From Candidatus Altiarchaeota archaeon (GTDB taxonomy: Archaea; Altiarchaeota; Altiarchaeia; IMC4; SCGC-AAA252-I15): a DNA stretch of 64,000 bases. The notes under the pieces are model-generated. The model was not told where the DNA came from. It made no database searches and worked only from the letters and a program-made list of their open reading frames with translations. A program made the position numbers and the translations under genes. Shown piece by piece: positions 48,537 through 58,426 of this stretch. The stretch covers positions 27-64,026 of the forward strand of contig JAZDNF010000017.1 in assembly GCA_043800255.1 (NCBI GenBank), read 5' to 3'. Positions within the stretch are counted from its first letter, which is position 1. Every line of letters begins with the position of its first letter.

Positions 48537-50373
48537 AAAATCAGTTAAAAAATCGGGTGGGAAACGCGCGAATTTCAGGCGCGCCATAAGTGGAATCGTA
48601 AAGACTGAGTTCGAATCGCTGGGTCTTGATGTGTGGATCATAGTTTTTTATCTTATTGCCGTGACAGTTTTGACTTACCCTGTGCCGTTTAGGATAAATG
48701 ACGGCTTCGCCGGATTCCACGGGGACACGACAATCACACAGTGGACCATGTGGTGGATGAAATACGCCCTAACCCATGGGATTAATCCGAATTACTCAGA
48801 TCATATTTTCCACCCAGCTGGGATAAACCTCGCCTACTCGGAGGCGGGCTATTTGTACAGCCTCGTATCAGTGCCCTTGCAGCTGATCTGGGACCTGACT
48901 ACAGCGTATAACATCATCTGGATTCTAACGTTCTATGTTAGTGCGCTGTCAATGTACGCGTTCTCCTATTATCTCACAAGAGACAGGACAGTCTCTTTTG
49001 TGATAGGCCTGGCCTTCGCGTTTCAACCGTTCAGAGCCCACCATTCGCTTTATCATCTGAACCTTCTGAACACCCAGTGGATTCCCCTCTTTGTATTATA
49101 TCTCATCCGCACCGTCAGGGAGACCCGGATGACCAATCCCCTCATAGCGGGCATAATATTGGCGTTCACAGCCCTGTCGACCAACCAGTACGTCATGTTC
49201 CTTTTTATTTTTTCCGTTATCTGGCTTTCAGCGGAGTTCCTGAAAAAACCAGGCAGTATTTTAGACAGGGGGTTAATCACCAGATTCGCGGTTTTGTTGT
49301 TCACATCGCTCATAATCACAGTGCCTATCCGGTATCCGACAATAGAGGCCTACTATCAGACTCCGCTGGAGACCGGAATGTCTGAGAACATGATGTTTTC
49401 CATGGATTTGAACCACTATAAAAGACCTTTGAAAATCCACCCTTTGTTTGGAACAGAAAGTCAGATTATGCCTGATTTTTTCAGGGGAACTTGGCTTATG
49501 GACCCCATAGGCAGCGGATCAAGCAGGGGTTATCTAGGTTATGCTCTGATGCTGGCGGCGGCCTTGGGCGTTCTAACAAGATTCAGGGACAGTGCCATAT
49601 GGCTGGCCTTAGCGGTTATATTCTTAGTACTGAGTTTGGGCCCTGTCCTCCACGTCGGCGGAGAAACACGAGTTTTTGGCAGGGATGAGATAATACTGCC
49701 ATATGCATTCCTATATGAGCACATTCCTCTAGTGTCCGCGTTCAGGACGCCTGACAGGTTCGTATTAATGCTGTTCTTCTCGCTTTCAGTTGCCGGCTGC
49801 TATGGCATGGCAGAAGTTAGGAAGACTTTTGACAGAGGGAGAATCTGGCGGATTAGGCTGGGGACGGTAGCAGTCATGATTTTGGCTGCGATTATGATGC
49901 TCGAATACACTGTCGTGCCTTTTCCAATGCAGAATAGGATAGAACACCATCAGATTTACTATCAGATGAGGGACGAAGTTGGAGATTACGCCATACTCGA
50001 CATCCCGCTCGGCATCGGGGGGGAGTACCTCTACCATCAGCCGGTTCATGAGAAAAAGCTAGTATTCGGTTATGCAAGCCATCTGACTCCAGCGGACCAT
50101 AACAACCTCATGGCATTCCTGAACACTAGGGAACTTGCAACGCTCGACGGCAGAATCCCTAACACGGGGAGACCATTAATTGTTGAGACTCAGAGTTTCC
50201 TCAGGATGTATGGGCTGCGTTATGTGATAATCCACAAACGCTACTATCAGAACATCACCCAGCTCCAGAATCTGAGGGCATACTCTGACACAGTCCTCGG
50301 CCAGCCCTATTTGGAGGACAATGACCTCATAGTTTACAGACTTGAGAACAACTCGATATCCTGGAACACCTAG
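48523..50373 (+). CDS. GT-C-like (YfhO-related) multi-pass membrane protein
   Basis: GDT..TQWTMWW, IFHPAGINL, LSLGP, FRTPDRF, YVIIHK. Confidence 0.75.
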   Translation: MHHSRKSVKKSGGKRANFRRAISGIVKTEFESLGLDVWIIVFYLIAVTVLTYPVPFRINDGFAGFHGDTTITQWTMWWMKYALTHGINPNYSDHIFHPAGINLAYSEAGYLYSLVSVPLQLIWDLTTAYNIIWILTFYVSALSMYAFSYYLTRDRTVSFVIGLAFAFQPFRAHHSLYHLNLLNTQWIPLFVLYLIRTVRETRMTNPLIAGIILAFTALSTNQYVMFLFIFSVIWLSAEFLKKPGSILDRGLITRFAVLLFTSLIITVPIRYPTIEAYYQTPLETGMSENMMFSMDLNHYKRPLKIHPLFGTESQIMPDFFRGTWLMDPIGSGSSRGYLGYALMLAAALGVLTRFRDSAIWLALAVIFLVLSLGPVLHVGGETRVFGRDEIILPYAFLYEHIPLVSAFRTPDRFVLMLFFSLSVAGCYGMAEVRKTFDRGRIWRIRLGTVAVMILAAIMMLEYTVVPFPMQNRIEHHQIYYQMRDEVGDYAILDIPLGIGGEYLYHQPVHEKKLVFGYASHLTPADHNNLMAFLNTRELATLDGRIPNTGRPLIVETQSFLRMYGLRYVIIHKRYYQNITQLQNLRAYSDTVLGQPYLEDNDLIVYRLENNSISWNT

Positions 50374-51434
50374 AGGAAGACTCTCGGGTTCAATGCGTTC
50401 CCCAGCAGGGTCTGGTATGCTTCGCACGGCGTCCAGCAGTTCGGGCATCTTTTGCTGTGGGCGTCGGCAGCCGCCTGCCGAAAATCAGGAGCATTCCATA
50501 TCCTCCTGAATTCGTAATCCACTTCCTTTAGGTTCCCCAGAGGTTTGTCCCATATGCTGCACGGGTAGACCGTCCCATCGGGGCTTATGAAACACGACAC
50601 TGAGGCTGCCTTGCACGGCAGAGGAGTTACGCCTTCCTTCAGGTAGTCCTTCACAGATTTGAGATACCTGTTCTCCAAGTAGAAGACAGGATTCAGGTTG
50701 ATGCCCTTGAGCTTCCTGAAGCGCTCGACTTCGTTGACGATCTCATCCTTTCTGAGTCCGCCGGCGGGAATCTCATTTGAGTAGTAGTGTGCTGAAGTGT
50801 GGGCGATGTTCATGTGAAAGTCTTCGGATGTTACCCCCGGCAGTTCCCCTCTGACGCTGCCTAACGTCTCTTGGAACAGCCCAGCATTCTCGTTGGAGAG
50901 CGTCATCCCGAAGTAGACTTCAACGCCTTTAACTGTCTTAAGCTGCCTGAAGGTTTCCACAGCCTTCTCCCAGCCTCCGGGAACGCCTCTGAGCCTGTCA
51001 TGCACTTTCGGCGGGCCGTCCAAGCTAACGGTGACGATAAGCTTTGGAGGTTTTTTCTTGACAATTTCGCGGGCACATGCGACAACCCTGTCGGTCAGGA
51101 GGCCGTTGGTCGGGAAATGGAGGTTGTAAAGCCTTTTGCAGTTGTCTATTATGGACTTTAGTATATCTGCTATGTCATTTCTCAGGAATATCTCCCCCCC
51201 TGTAACGTCAACCCAGTTGAAGCCGCTTGATTTCCTGAAAAAAGTTTTTATCTCCTCTGAAGTCAGCTCGCCATCAGGCTTCTTTCGCCATATGCCGCAG
51301 GACAGGCACCTGCTATTACATTTGCCCGTTACCGCAAACGTGAGCTTGTAGGGAAATCCGAGCCGTCCGACATTCGACTTCAGGATGTTTGCCGCCAGAT
51401 TCGCCTCTTTTAGCATTTTAGGGTAGAATATCAT
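50370..51434 (-). CDS. Radical SAM protein with SPASM/twitch domain
   Basis: CNSRCLSC, TGGE, VSLDG, PC...GTVYPC...CPNCWTPC. Confidence 0.92.
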   Translation of the reverse strand: MIFYPKMLKEANLAANILKSNVGRLGFPYKLTFAVTGKCNSRCLSCGIWRKKPDGELTSEEIKTFFRKSSGFNWVDVTGGEIFLRNDIADILKSIIDNCKRLYNLHFPTNGLLTDRVVACAREIVKKKPPKLIVTVSLDGPPKVHDRLRGVPGGWEKAVETFRQLKTVKGVEVYFGMTLSNENAGLFQETLGSVRGELPGVTSEDFHMNIAHTSAHYYSNEIPAGGLRKDEIVNEVERFRKLKGINLNPVFYLENRYLKSVKDYLKEGVTPLPCKAASVSCFISPDGTVYPCSIWDKPLGNLKEVDYEFRRIWNAPDFRQAAADAHSKRCPNCWTPCEAYQTLLGNALNPRVFL

Positions 51435-51486
51435 AGATTAGGCATTAATATAGAATTATCTCATATATTTTAGGGTTTTTTCTAAG

Positions 51487-53175
51487 ATGAGGGTTTTAGG
51501 CATCTGGGACGGTCACGACGCTGGCGCAGCCATTGTAGAGGATAACCGCATAAGGGTTGCTGTCAATGAGGAGCGTTACACCACGAAGAAGCTTGATGTA
51601 GGGTTTCCAACGGAATCTGTGAAGGCCTGTTTGGACTACCTAAAGCTGAAGCCGTCTGACATCAACAACGTTGCCATAACTACGACAGACTTCGCTAAAA
51701 CGCTGACTAGGGTCTTCCCCTCGATGAAAGACTCATACTACATGTTCAGGCGGAGGAGGATTGAGAGGCCGAATTTCATCGAACTGAGGAGGCAGATAAA
51801 GTACAGGACTACTGAGATACCTGAGCTGCCGTTGTGCAGGAGCACGTCCGAGAGGTTCTTCAGAAAGCACCTTGACAGGCTAGGCTTCAAAGAGTATAAG
51901 ATTAAAGTGGTCGAACATCATATGGCTCACGCCGCCAAGGCTGCGGTATGCAGCGGCTTCAGGAAGGCGCTTGTCATAACCTTGGACGGCATAGGCGACG
52001 GCCTCAGCGGCTCTGTCAACATATTCGAGGACGGCGATTTTAAGAGGATTGCATCCATTCCGGGAAGAGACTCTTTTGGAATATTCTACGAGCAGGTCAC
52101 CAACCTGCTGGGCTGGAGGGAGCTTGAGGACGAGGGCAAGGTGATGGCGCTGGCAGACTTCTCCTACCCTATCCCAGACGAGGAGAACAAACTGCTGGAT
52201 TTCTTCGAAGTCAACGGAATGCGGGTGAAATGCAGGCACTCTACAATAGGAAAGTATAAGATGCTGAACAGGATACTCTGGAACACTCCGCGGGAGGATT
52301 TCGCGTACATGGCCCAGAGGACCTTGGAGAAGCACGTCTGCCAGCTCTTCGAGAACGCGGTTGATGAGACAGGTCTTGGAAATGTAGCCTGGTCCGGCGG
52401 GCTTGCGTCTAACATCAAGGTGAACCTCAAAGTGAGGGAGAACCCAAAGGTTAAGGACTGGTTCGTGTTCCCGCACATGGGAGACGGCGGTTTGGCTGTC
52501 GGAGCAGCCTTGTACGTCTGCTCGCAGGAGACAGGTTACAAGCCTAAAAGGATAGAGAACGTCTACTTCGGGCCGGAATACGGCGAAGATGAGATGGAAT
52601 CCGCGCTTAAGAAGAGCAGACTCGAATATGAGGAGAGAGGCGACATCGCAGAATACTGCGGGCAGCTTATAGCAGAAGGCAACCACCTCCTCTGGTATCA
52701 GGGGGGTATGGAATTCGGCCCCAGGGCTTTAGGCAACAGGAGCATACTCGCGTCAGCCTCATCGTTGGACGCCAAGGAAAAGCTGAACCTGAAGATAAAG
52801 AAGAGAAACTGGTTCCAGCCGTTCTGCCCTTCATTGTTAGAGGAGGAGGCTGAGAAGCTTTTCGAGAACGTGGACCACTACGACAGGTTCATGACGATGG
52901 GCTACATGTCGAAGAAGGAGGTTAGGGACAGGGTGGCTGCAGTGATAAACGTTGACGGCTCGGCGAGGCCTCAGATGCTCGGCGGCGAGAATCCAAAGTA
53001 CCGCAAACTCATAGAGGAGGTTAAGAGGCTCACGGGCGATGGCATAATATTGAACACAAGCTTCAACCTCCATGGCTTCCCGATTGTCAACAGGCCGGCC
53101 GACGCCGTCGACATGATGCTGAAATCCGGCGCTGAGAGGATGGCATTGGGCGACTTTTTTGTTGTGAACAGGTGA
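51487..53175 (+). CDS. O-carbamoyltransferase (NodU/CmcH family)
   Basis: GHDAGAA, EERY, EHHMAHA, EGKVMALA, EFGPRALGNRS, RNWFQPF, NTSFN. Confidence 0.93.
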   Translation: MRVLGIWDGHDAGAAIVEDNRIRVAVNEERYTTKKLDVGFPTESVKACLDYLKLKPSDINNVAITTTDFAKTLTRVFPSMKDSYYMFRRRRIERPNFIELRRQIKYRTTEIPELPLCRSTSERFFRKHLDRLGFKEYKIKVVEHHMAHAAKAAVCSGFRKALVITLDGIGDGLSGSVNIFEDGDFKRIASIPGRDSFGIFYEQVTNLLGWRELEDEGKVMALADFSYPIPDEENKLLDFFEVNGMRVKCRHSTIGKYKMLNRILWNTPREDFAYMAQRTLEKHVCQLFENAVDETGLGNVAWSGGLASNIKVNLKVRENPKVKDWFVFPHMGDGGLAVGAALYVCSQETGYKPKRIENVYFGPEYGEDEMESALKKSRLEYEERGDIAEYCGQLIAEGNHLLWYQGGMEFGPRALGNRSILASASSLDAKEKLNLKIKKRNWFQPFCPSLLEEEAEKLFENVDHYDRFMTMGYMSKKEVRDRVAAVINVDGSARPQMLGGENPKYRKLIEEVKRLTGDGIILNTSFNLHGFPIVNRPADAVDMMLKSGAERMALGDFFVVNR

Positions 53176-53178
53176 AAG

Positions 53179-54888
53179 ATGGCTGGCCATAATCTTAAGA
53201 GGGATGTTGTTGAGTTTCTGCCTGCAGTGATTCTGGCAAATTTCGCGCTTATACTAGCTTACATAATACTGTATGTCAACACTAGGCTGATATCGGTCGA
53301 CCAGCTCATGTGGATGCTGCCTCTGCTGCTGTTTGTCACACTGTCCGGGATAATCGCCCTTTTTGTCATAAACTTTGATGCCATCAGAAGGCAGTTCCAG
53401 CCTATCAGCAGGTCAACATGGACGTTCCTGATAATAATACTGCTTGTTGGAGCATACTTGCGGGTTTTTGTAGCGCCTCACACTCACCGCATCTTCTTCG
53501 ACGAGGACATCTATATGGACGTGGGCAACAGCATCGCCTCTGAGGGCAGGGCGCTACTCTGCAACTATGGAACCCCTGAGAAGTGCGTTGAGGGGATACT
53601 CAACAAGGAGCCTAACGGTTACCCTGTATTGGTCGCCGCACTATATCTCATCTTCGGCAGGGACGAGCAGAGTGTGTTCATCTTTGAAACTCTCTTAGGG
53701 ATTGCCACGATAGCGGTTGTCTTCCTCACGGCTTACCTAGTCTTCGAACGGGATGACACCGCCCTGTACACTGCATTATTGTTCGCCTTGATGCCTTCGC
53801 ACATAATATGGTCTACCAGCGTCGGAGCCGAGCTCATCTCAATATTCTTCATACTGGTTACCCTGCTGGCGTTTCTCATCTTCTTCCGCGCTCCAACTCT
53901 TAGAATGCAGCTTCTGGCAACGCTTTCGGCAGTCTATGCCATACAGGTCAGGCCGGAGAACGGCCTCCTATTGGGGGTCATGGCTGTGATGTTCCTGGTC
54001 TTTGACAAAAAGCTGACTGATCGCCTGAAGTCGCCATCATTTTACATTCCATGGTTTGTTCTGGCGCTGCTGATAACGCCGCATCTGATACACCTGGCCT
54101 ATGCCGCCAGGACTGACACGTGGGGCGCCTCTGAGGGCAAGCTCGGGCTGAAGTATATTGATTATAATCTGCCGATTAACACCAGATTCTGGTATGACAA
54201 TAACATGCACCCTGCGTTTTTCACGCTCCTTGCAATCGCCGGGCTCGTTCTATTGGCAGTGTATGACACGAGAAAATTCACATTCCTGTTAACGTGGTTC
54301 CTCGCATACCATATACTCTACATTGTCTTCTATTCCGGAAGTTTCACCTCCGGTGGGATTGGAACGCGCTTTGCTCTCATAGTCAGCACACCAGCCCTGT
54401 TTTTCGGCGGCTATTGCATTTCCAAAGTTTCAGACTTCGCTAAAGAGGGTTATAGGAGAGCCATAACAGCAGTTCTTGTCACCCTTATTTTGATCTCGTT
54501 TTACCCGCTCATAGGATTCATAAAGTCTCCTGACATGCAGGCCCAGTACGCGAGAGAAAAGCATGATTTCGTGTTGTCGCACATTGATGAGATAGACCCG
54601 TCATGTTACACGCTGACGCACAACCCCAACATCTTCCTCATAAACGGCAGGAGCGCGCTTCAGACGTGGTTCGGCCAGAACAGGAGAGTGATGCAGGATG
54701 TCTACGGCAAGACCGATTGTGTTTTATTCCTGGAGGGCGCATGGTGCCTGTGGGAGCCTCACAAGTCCGGCGTCTGCAAGTACATGAAGGATAACTATAA
54801 TCTCACTGTGATGTGGAGGCTCGTGAGAGAGAATAACCCTGATCAGGTTTTCACGATTTATAAGGTCTCAAAACCTCTAAATTACTGA
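53179..54888 (+). CDS. GT-C (family 39/83-like) glycosyltransferase
   Basis: FDEDIY catalytic loop, EPNGYP, QVRPEN, many TM helices. Confidence 0.82.
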   Translation: MAGHNLKRDVVEFLPAVILANFALILAYIILYVNTRLISVDQLMWMLPLLLFVTLSGIIALFVINFDAIRRQFQPISRSTWTFLIIILLVGAYLRVFVAPHTHRIFFDEDIYMDVGNSIASEGRALLCNYGTPEKCVEGILNKEPNGYPVLVAALYLIFGRDEQSVFIFETLLGIATIAVVFLTAYLVFERDDTALYTALLFALMPSHIIWSTSVGAELISIFFILVTLLAFLIFFRAPTLRMQLLATLSAVYAIQVRPENGLLLGVMAVMFLVFDKKLTDRLKSPSFYIPWFVLALLITPHLIHLAYAARTDTWGASEGKLGLKYIDYNLPINTRFWYDNNMHPAFFTLLAIAGLVLLAVYDTRKFTFLLTWFLAYHILYIVFYSGSFTSGGIGTRFALIVSTPALFFGGYCISKVSDFAKEGYRRAITAVLVTLILISFYPLIGFIKSPDMQAQYAREKHDFVLSHIDEIDPSCYTLTHNPNIFLINGRSALQTWFGQNRRVMQDVYGKTDCVLFLEGAWCLWEPHKSGVCKYMKDNYNLTVMWRLVRENNPDQVFTIYKVSKPLNY

Positions 54889-56714
54889 TGATGCCCGTGA
54901 AAGGCCAGGGAGGCGTTGAGTTCTCATTGACTTTCGCAGCAATACTCATGTTCACGGTCATCGGGTTGGTCATACTCTGGGATATCGGCCTGTTCGAGCA
55001 GCCTGAGGAGGCTGTGCAGGTCGGCGAGACCGCTGGCTTTTCCGAACTTGAGGTGAAGGATTTCGTCGTCAGCACCCAGGATTATGTGATGCTGAGCTTG
55101 CAGAACAACATTGGGCAGACGCTGGACATACCAGCGAACAACATCAGCGTCAGCCTGCCCAAGGTTAACTGCAGTAACGGCCCACCTGTTCTTGTCAGGA
55201 TACCGCCAGGCAGGAGAGCTAACATCACATTCATCTGTGACGGCATCTCAGACAACTACGACGTAGGCAACGCAGCTGACATCAATGTCACCATAAGCTA
55301 CACCAACCTCAACTCAGGCCTCGCACATAAGAGCCTCGGCACCGTCACCAGCAGAGTCCAATCCTTGCCCCTAATAACAACAGTGCCGACAACAATATCA
55401 ACAACGTCCACAACCACGAGCACAACATCAACAAGCACGACATCAACCTCGACCACAAGCTCGACCACGACAAGCAGCACAATCACATCAACTACGAGCA
55501 CCTCAACTACAACAAGCACAAGCACGACAATAACTACAACAACATCCACATCAACAACAAGCACAACGTCAACGACGAGCACAACTACTACAACCGTAAT
55601 TGCCGACCCCCAGTTTGGAAACGGGCAAAATGGTGCTTTAAGTCTGACATCGGCAGTTCAGGTTAATAATTATGCATATCTAACCGCTAATGCGAATTCA
55701 GGCAGTAATCAAGTCAGCGTCAACACCGCTACAGGATTCAGCACCGGCGACCAGATACTAATCATCCAAATGCAAGATGCAAGCGGCGGAGTTGCAGGAA
55801 CCTACGAATACAGGATCATATCATCCATAGCAGGGAACGACCTAACGCTCACAGAGACCTTAACAAATTACTACGCGTCTAACCCGGCATCAGCCAACAC
55901 AGCATCAGCGACCATGGCACAAATCGTCAGAGTACCGCAATACACCAGCGTAACACTACAGACAGGCACAAGCGGGCGCATTTATGCCGCCTCATGGAAC
56001 GGTTACACTGGCGGCATAGTTGTTTTCAGATCCCAAGGAACAGTGGACGTTCAGAGTTCATCTGGTAATGAGATATCTTCGATTGGAACCGGTTTCAGAG
56101 GAGGCGCAGGCGTTGCAAACGGCGGACACGGCTACGCAGGAGAAAGCTACAAGGGAACTGGAACGCAGACAAGAAACGCCAACTATGGAGGAGGGGGCGG
56201 AGGATACGGACCATTTAATCTTTGGTCTGATGAAGCCAACGGCGGAGGAGGGGGATATGGGACAGCAGGAGGAGATGGGGGAACCGGGACTGATTGGGGC
56301 TACGGTGGAAACACCTACGGAACATCAAACATAGCGAATGGCATATTCTTGGGAAGCGGAGGTGGCGCAGGAGGCTCAACCGGAGGAGGGGGCGCTGCTG
56401 GAGGACCTGGAGGACGTGGAGGAGGCACCATAATGATATACGCTCCCACTATCAACGCGGTCGGCCGAATCGCGGCCTTTGGTCTAGTAGGGTCTGATAA
56501 CAGCAACGGCGGCTCCGGAGGAGGAGGCAGCGGGGGCTCGATATACCTTTACGCTAACACAGTCAACATGGGATCTAACAGGGTCCAGGCCTTCGGGCAG
56601 GCTGGGGGAACTGGAGACGGCCAGCCTGCGGGGAATGGAGGAGCAGGAGGGAGTGGGAGAATACAATGCGATTGTAGTACAGTAACCGGCACATCAGATC
56701 CACCGTATACCTAA
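54888..56714 (+). CDS. Class III signal-peptide pilin-like adhesin with Thr/Ser stalk and Gly-rich C-terminal domain
   Basis: KGQGGVEF plus hydrophobic helix; ~70-aa T/S linker; repeated GGGG/GGxGGG segments. Confidence 0.8.
   Translation: MMPVKGQGGVEFSLTFAAILMFTVIGLVILWDIGLFEQPEEAVQVGETAGFSELEVKDFVVSTQDYVMLSLQNNIGQTLDIPANNISVSLPKVNCSNGPPVLVRIPPGRRANITFICDGISDNYDVGNAADINVTISYTNLNSGLAHKSLGTVTSRVQSLPLITTVPTTISTTSTTTSTTSTSTTSTSTTSSTTTSSTITSTTSTSTTTSTSTTITTTTSTSTTSTTSTTSTTTTTVIADPQFGNGQNGALSLTSAVQVNNYAYLTANANSGSNQVSVNTATGFSTGDQILIIQMQDASGGVAGTYEYRIISSIAGNDLTLTETLTNYYASNPASANTASATMAQIVRVPQYTSVTLQTGTSGRIYAASWNGYTGGIVVFRSQGTVDVQSSSGNEISSIGTGFRGGAGVANGGHGYAGESYKGTGTQTRNANYGGGGGGYGPFNLWSDEANGGGGGYGTAGGDGGTGTDWGYGGNTYGTSNIANGIFLGSGGGAGGSTGGGGAAGGPGGRGGGTIMIYAPTINAVGRIAAFGLVGSDNSNGGSGGGGSGGSIYLYANTVNMGSNRVQAFGQAGGTGDGQPAGNGGAGGSGRIQCDCSTVTGTSDPPYT
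55375..55597 (+). repeat. Low-complexity Thr/Ser codon tract (mucin-like linker)
   Basis: ACN/AGC/TCN codons encoding TTSTTTSTTSTS... Confidence 0.85.
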
Positions 56715-56743
56715 TATTGATGTTGAAAAATGTTATAATTTTG

Positions 56744-58393
56744 TTAAGGAATTAAAAGATTCTTACCCATGTAGGGTCCTGCTCTCTTGTAGCCGAATTT
56801 CTTGTAGTAGTCTCTGGCTCCGACTCCGCTGGTGACTAGGAGGTTTTTCATGTTGTGTTCTTTTTTCGCTATTTTTTCAGCCTCCTTCAGTAATTCTTTC
56901 CCGTAGCCTCTGTGCTGCCATTTTTCTTTCGCTTTCTCGCCCAGTTCGACCATTGGACCGTAGATGTGGAGCTCGCGTATGAGAGCGGTTTGGGTTGTAA
57001 TCTCAGGCCTGAAGGGCTTGTAAGGGATTCGCAATCTCAGGAACCCTATGAGGATGTCCTGGACGGTGTCCTCAAAGGAGAGGAAAATCTCCTTCCCTCT
57101 GCTTGCTTTATAGTCTCTTCTCACAAGCTCGATGTCAGCTGGATTAGGCTCTATCTCTGGAAGGAACCGCCCAACTTCCCTGCAGCGGATACACTGGCAT
57201 TTAATGCCCTTCTCCTCCATCCGGGAGTAGACCATCTGACCTAAATTAGAGGATTTTATCCCAGCCTCAACCAAGGGGGAGGGGATGTCCCGCATAATCC
57301 TCATAGTCCTAATCCAGGGCGGCATGATTTTCTTCACCTTTACTATTAGGTCTACGGCCTGCTCAGTCGACAGAGGCTCGAACTTGCCGGACTTCCAGTT
57401 ATCATAGTACTCTGTGCCCTTCAGAATAATGCACGGGTAAATTTTTACCATGTCAGGTTTGAACCTATCGTCTGTGAAGATCTTTTTGAAGGCGTCCAAG
57501 TCGACTTTGGGTTTGTTGCCTAAGATGCCGGGCATCATATGGTATCCCACTTTTAGGCCTGAATCCTTCAGCTGCTGGGTGGCTTCAACCACGTCCTTGA
57601 CTGTGTGGCCTCTGTCCACCATCTTGTAGATCCTGTCGGATGGGTTCTGCACTCCAAGCTCCACCCTCGTTACGCCGAAGCCTAACATGAAATCTATCTG
57701 CTCCTGTTTGGCCCAGTCCGGGCGGGGCTCGAATGTTAGGCCGACGCAGCGGACAGATGAGGACTCGTTCTCCCTGTGAACGTCCTCGATGTACTTGAAC
57801 TGATGTTCGCGTTCCGAATAAACCCTCCTAAAGCCTTCCTCCCCCAGCTTCCTGATTTTAGCAAAATTTTTCTTGAACTCGTTCATAGCCTCGAAGCATC
57901 TTTTGACGAACCACTCCTGGTAGTCTAGAGGCTGGGCTGTGAGTGTGCCGCCCATCACAATGAGGTCGACCTTGTCGATTGGGTGGCCTATGGTCTTAAG
58001 CTGCGCGAGCCTGAAGGTGACCTGCAGGTAGGGGTCATAGTCGTATCTTATAGCCCTCCTGGTGGCAGGCTCCTCGCCGGTGTAACTCTGCGGGACCTTG
58101 ATTTTCGGCCCTCCGGGGCAGTACTTGCATCTGCCGTGAGGGCACTCTGAAGGCTGCGTCATCGCTGCCACAACAGCAACGCCGGAGATGGTGCGTGTGG
58201 GTTTTTTCTGGAGCAGTGTGAGGACTTTCGCCTTCTCGGATTGTTTCGCATGTGCTAGTATCTCAGAATTCCTGATGAATTTGTTCAGGCCTAATTTGAC
58301 AGCAAGAGCGCGTTTTTCAATGTCGAGGTCTTCTCTGGACCCTATCTCCCCGCTGACTATCTTTCTGATAATTTTCCTGTAAGGACTGCTCAT
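56744..58393 (-). CDS. elp3: tRNA uridine(34) acetyltransferase Elp3 (radical SAM plus GNAT)
   Basis: CPHGRCKYCPGG, QSYTGEEP, RVELGVQ, CQCIRCRE, IRELHIYG, QHRGYG. Confidence 0.95.
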   Translation of the reverse strand: MSSPYRKIIRKIVSGEIGSREDLDIEKRALAVKLGLNKFIRNSEILAHAKQSEKAKVLTLLQKKPTRTISGVAVVAAMTQPSECPHGRCKYCPGGPKIKVPQSYTGEEPATRRAIRYDYDPYLQVTFRLAQLKTIGHPIDKVDLIVMGGTLTAQPLDYQEWFVKRCFEAMNEFKKNFAKIRKLGEEGFRRVYSEREHQFKYIEDVHRENESSSVRCVGLTFEPRPDWAKQEQIDFMLGFGVTRVELGVQNPSDRIYKMVDRGHTVKDVVEATQQLKDSGLKVGYHMMPGILGNKPKVDLDAFKKIFTDDRFKPDMVKIYPCIILKGTEYYDNWKSGKFEPLSTEQAVDLIVKVKKIMPPWIRTMRIMRDIPSPLVEAGIKSSNLGQMVYSRMEEKGIKCQCIRCREVGRFLPEIEPNPADIELVRRDYKASRGKEIFLSFEDTVQDILIGFLRLRIPYKPFRPEITTQTALIRELHIYGPMVELGEKAKEKWQHRGYGKELLKEAEKIAKKEHNMKNLLVTSGVGARDYYKKFGYKRAGPYMGKNLLIP

Positions 58394-58426
58394 CTTAGAA
58401 TACTAGGATACCATTCAGAAAAAGAG

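Noticed and set aside
51880-52686. Long antisense ORFs (268 aa here; also 27065-27721, 28349-28996, 60581-61216)
   Set aside because: Shadows of well-supported overlapping genes with no recognisable motifs.
55375-55597. Tandem repeat array, and antisense Val-rich ORF 55298-55582
   Set aside because: Simply Thr/Ser codons of a protein linker; the antisense ORF is its shadow.
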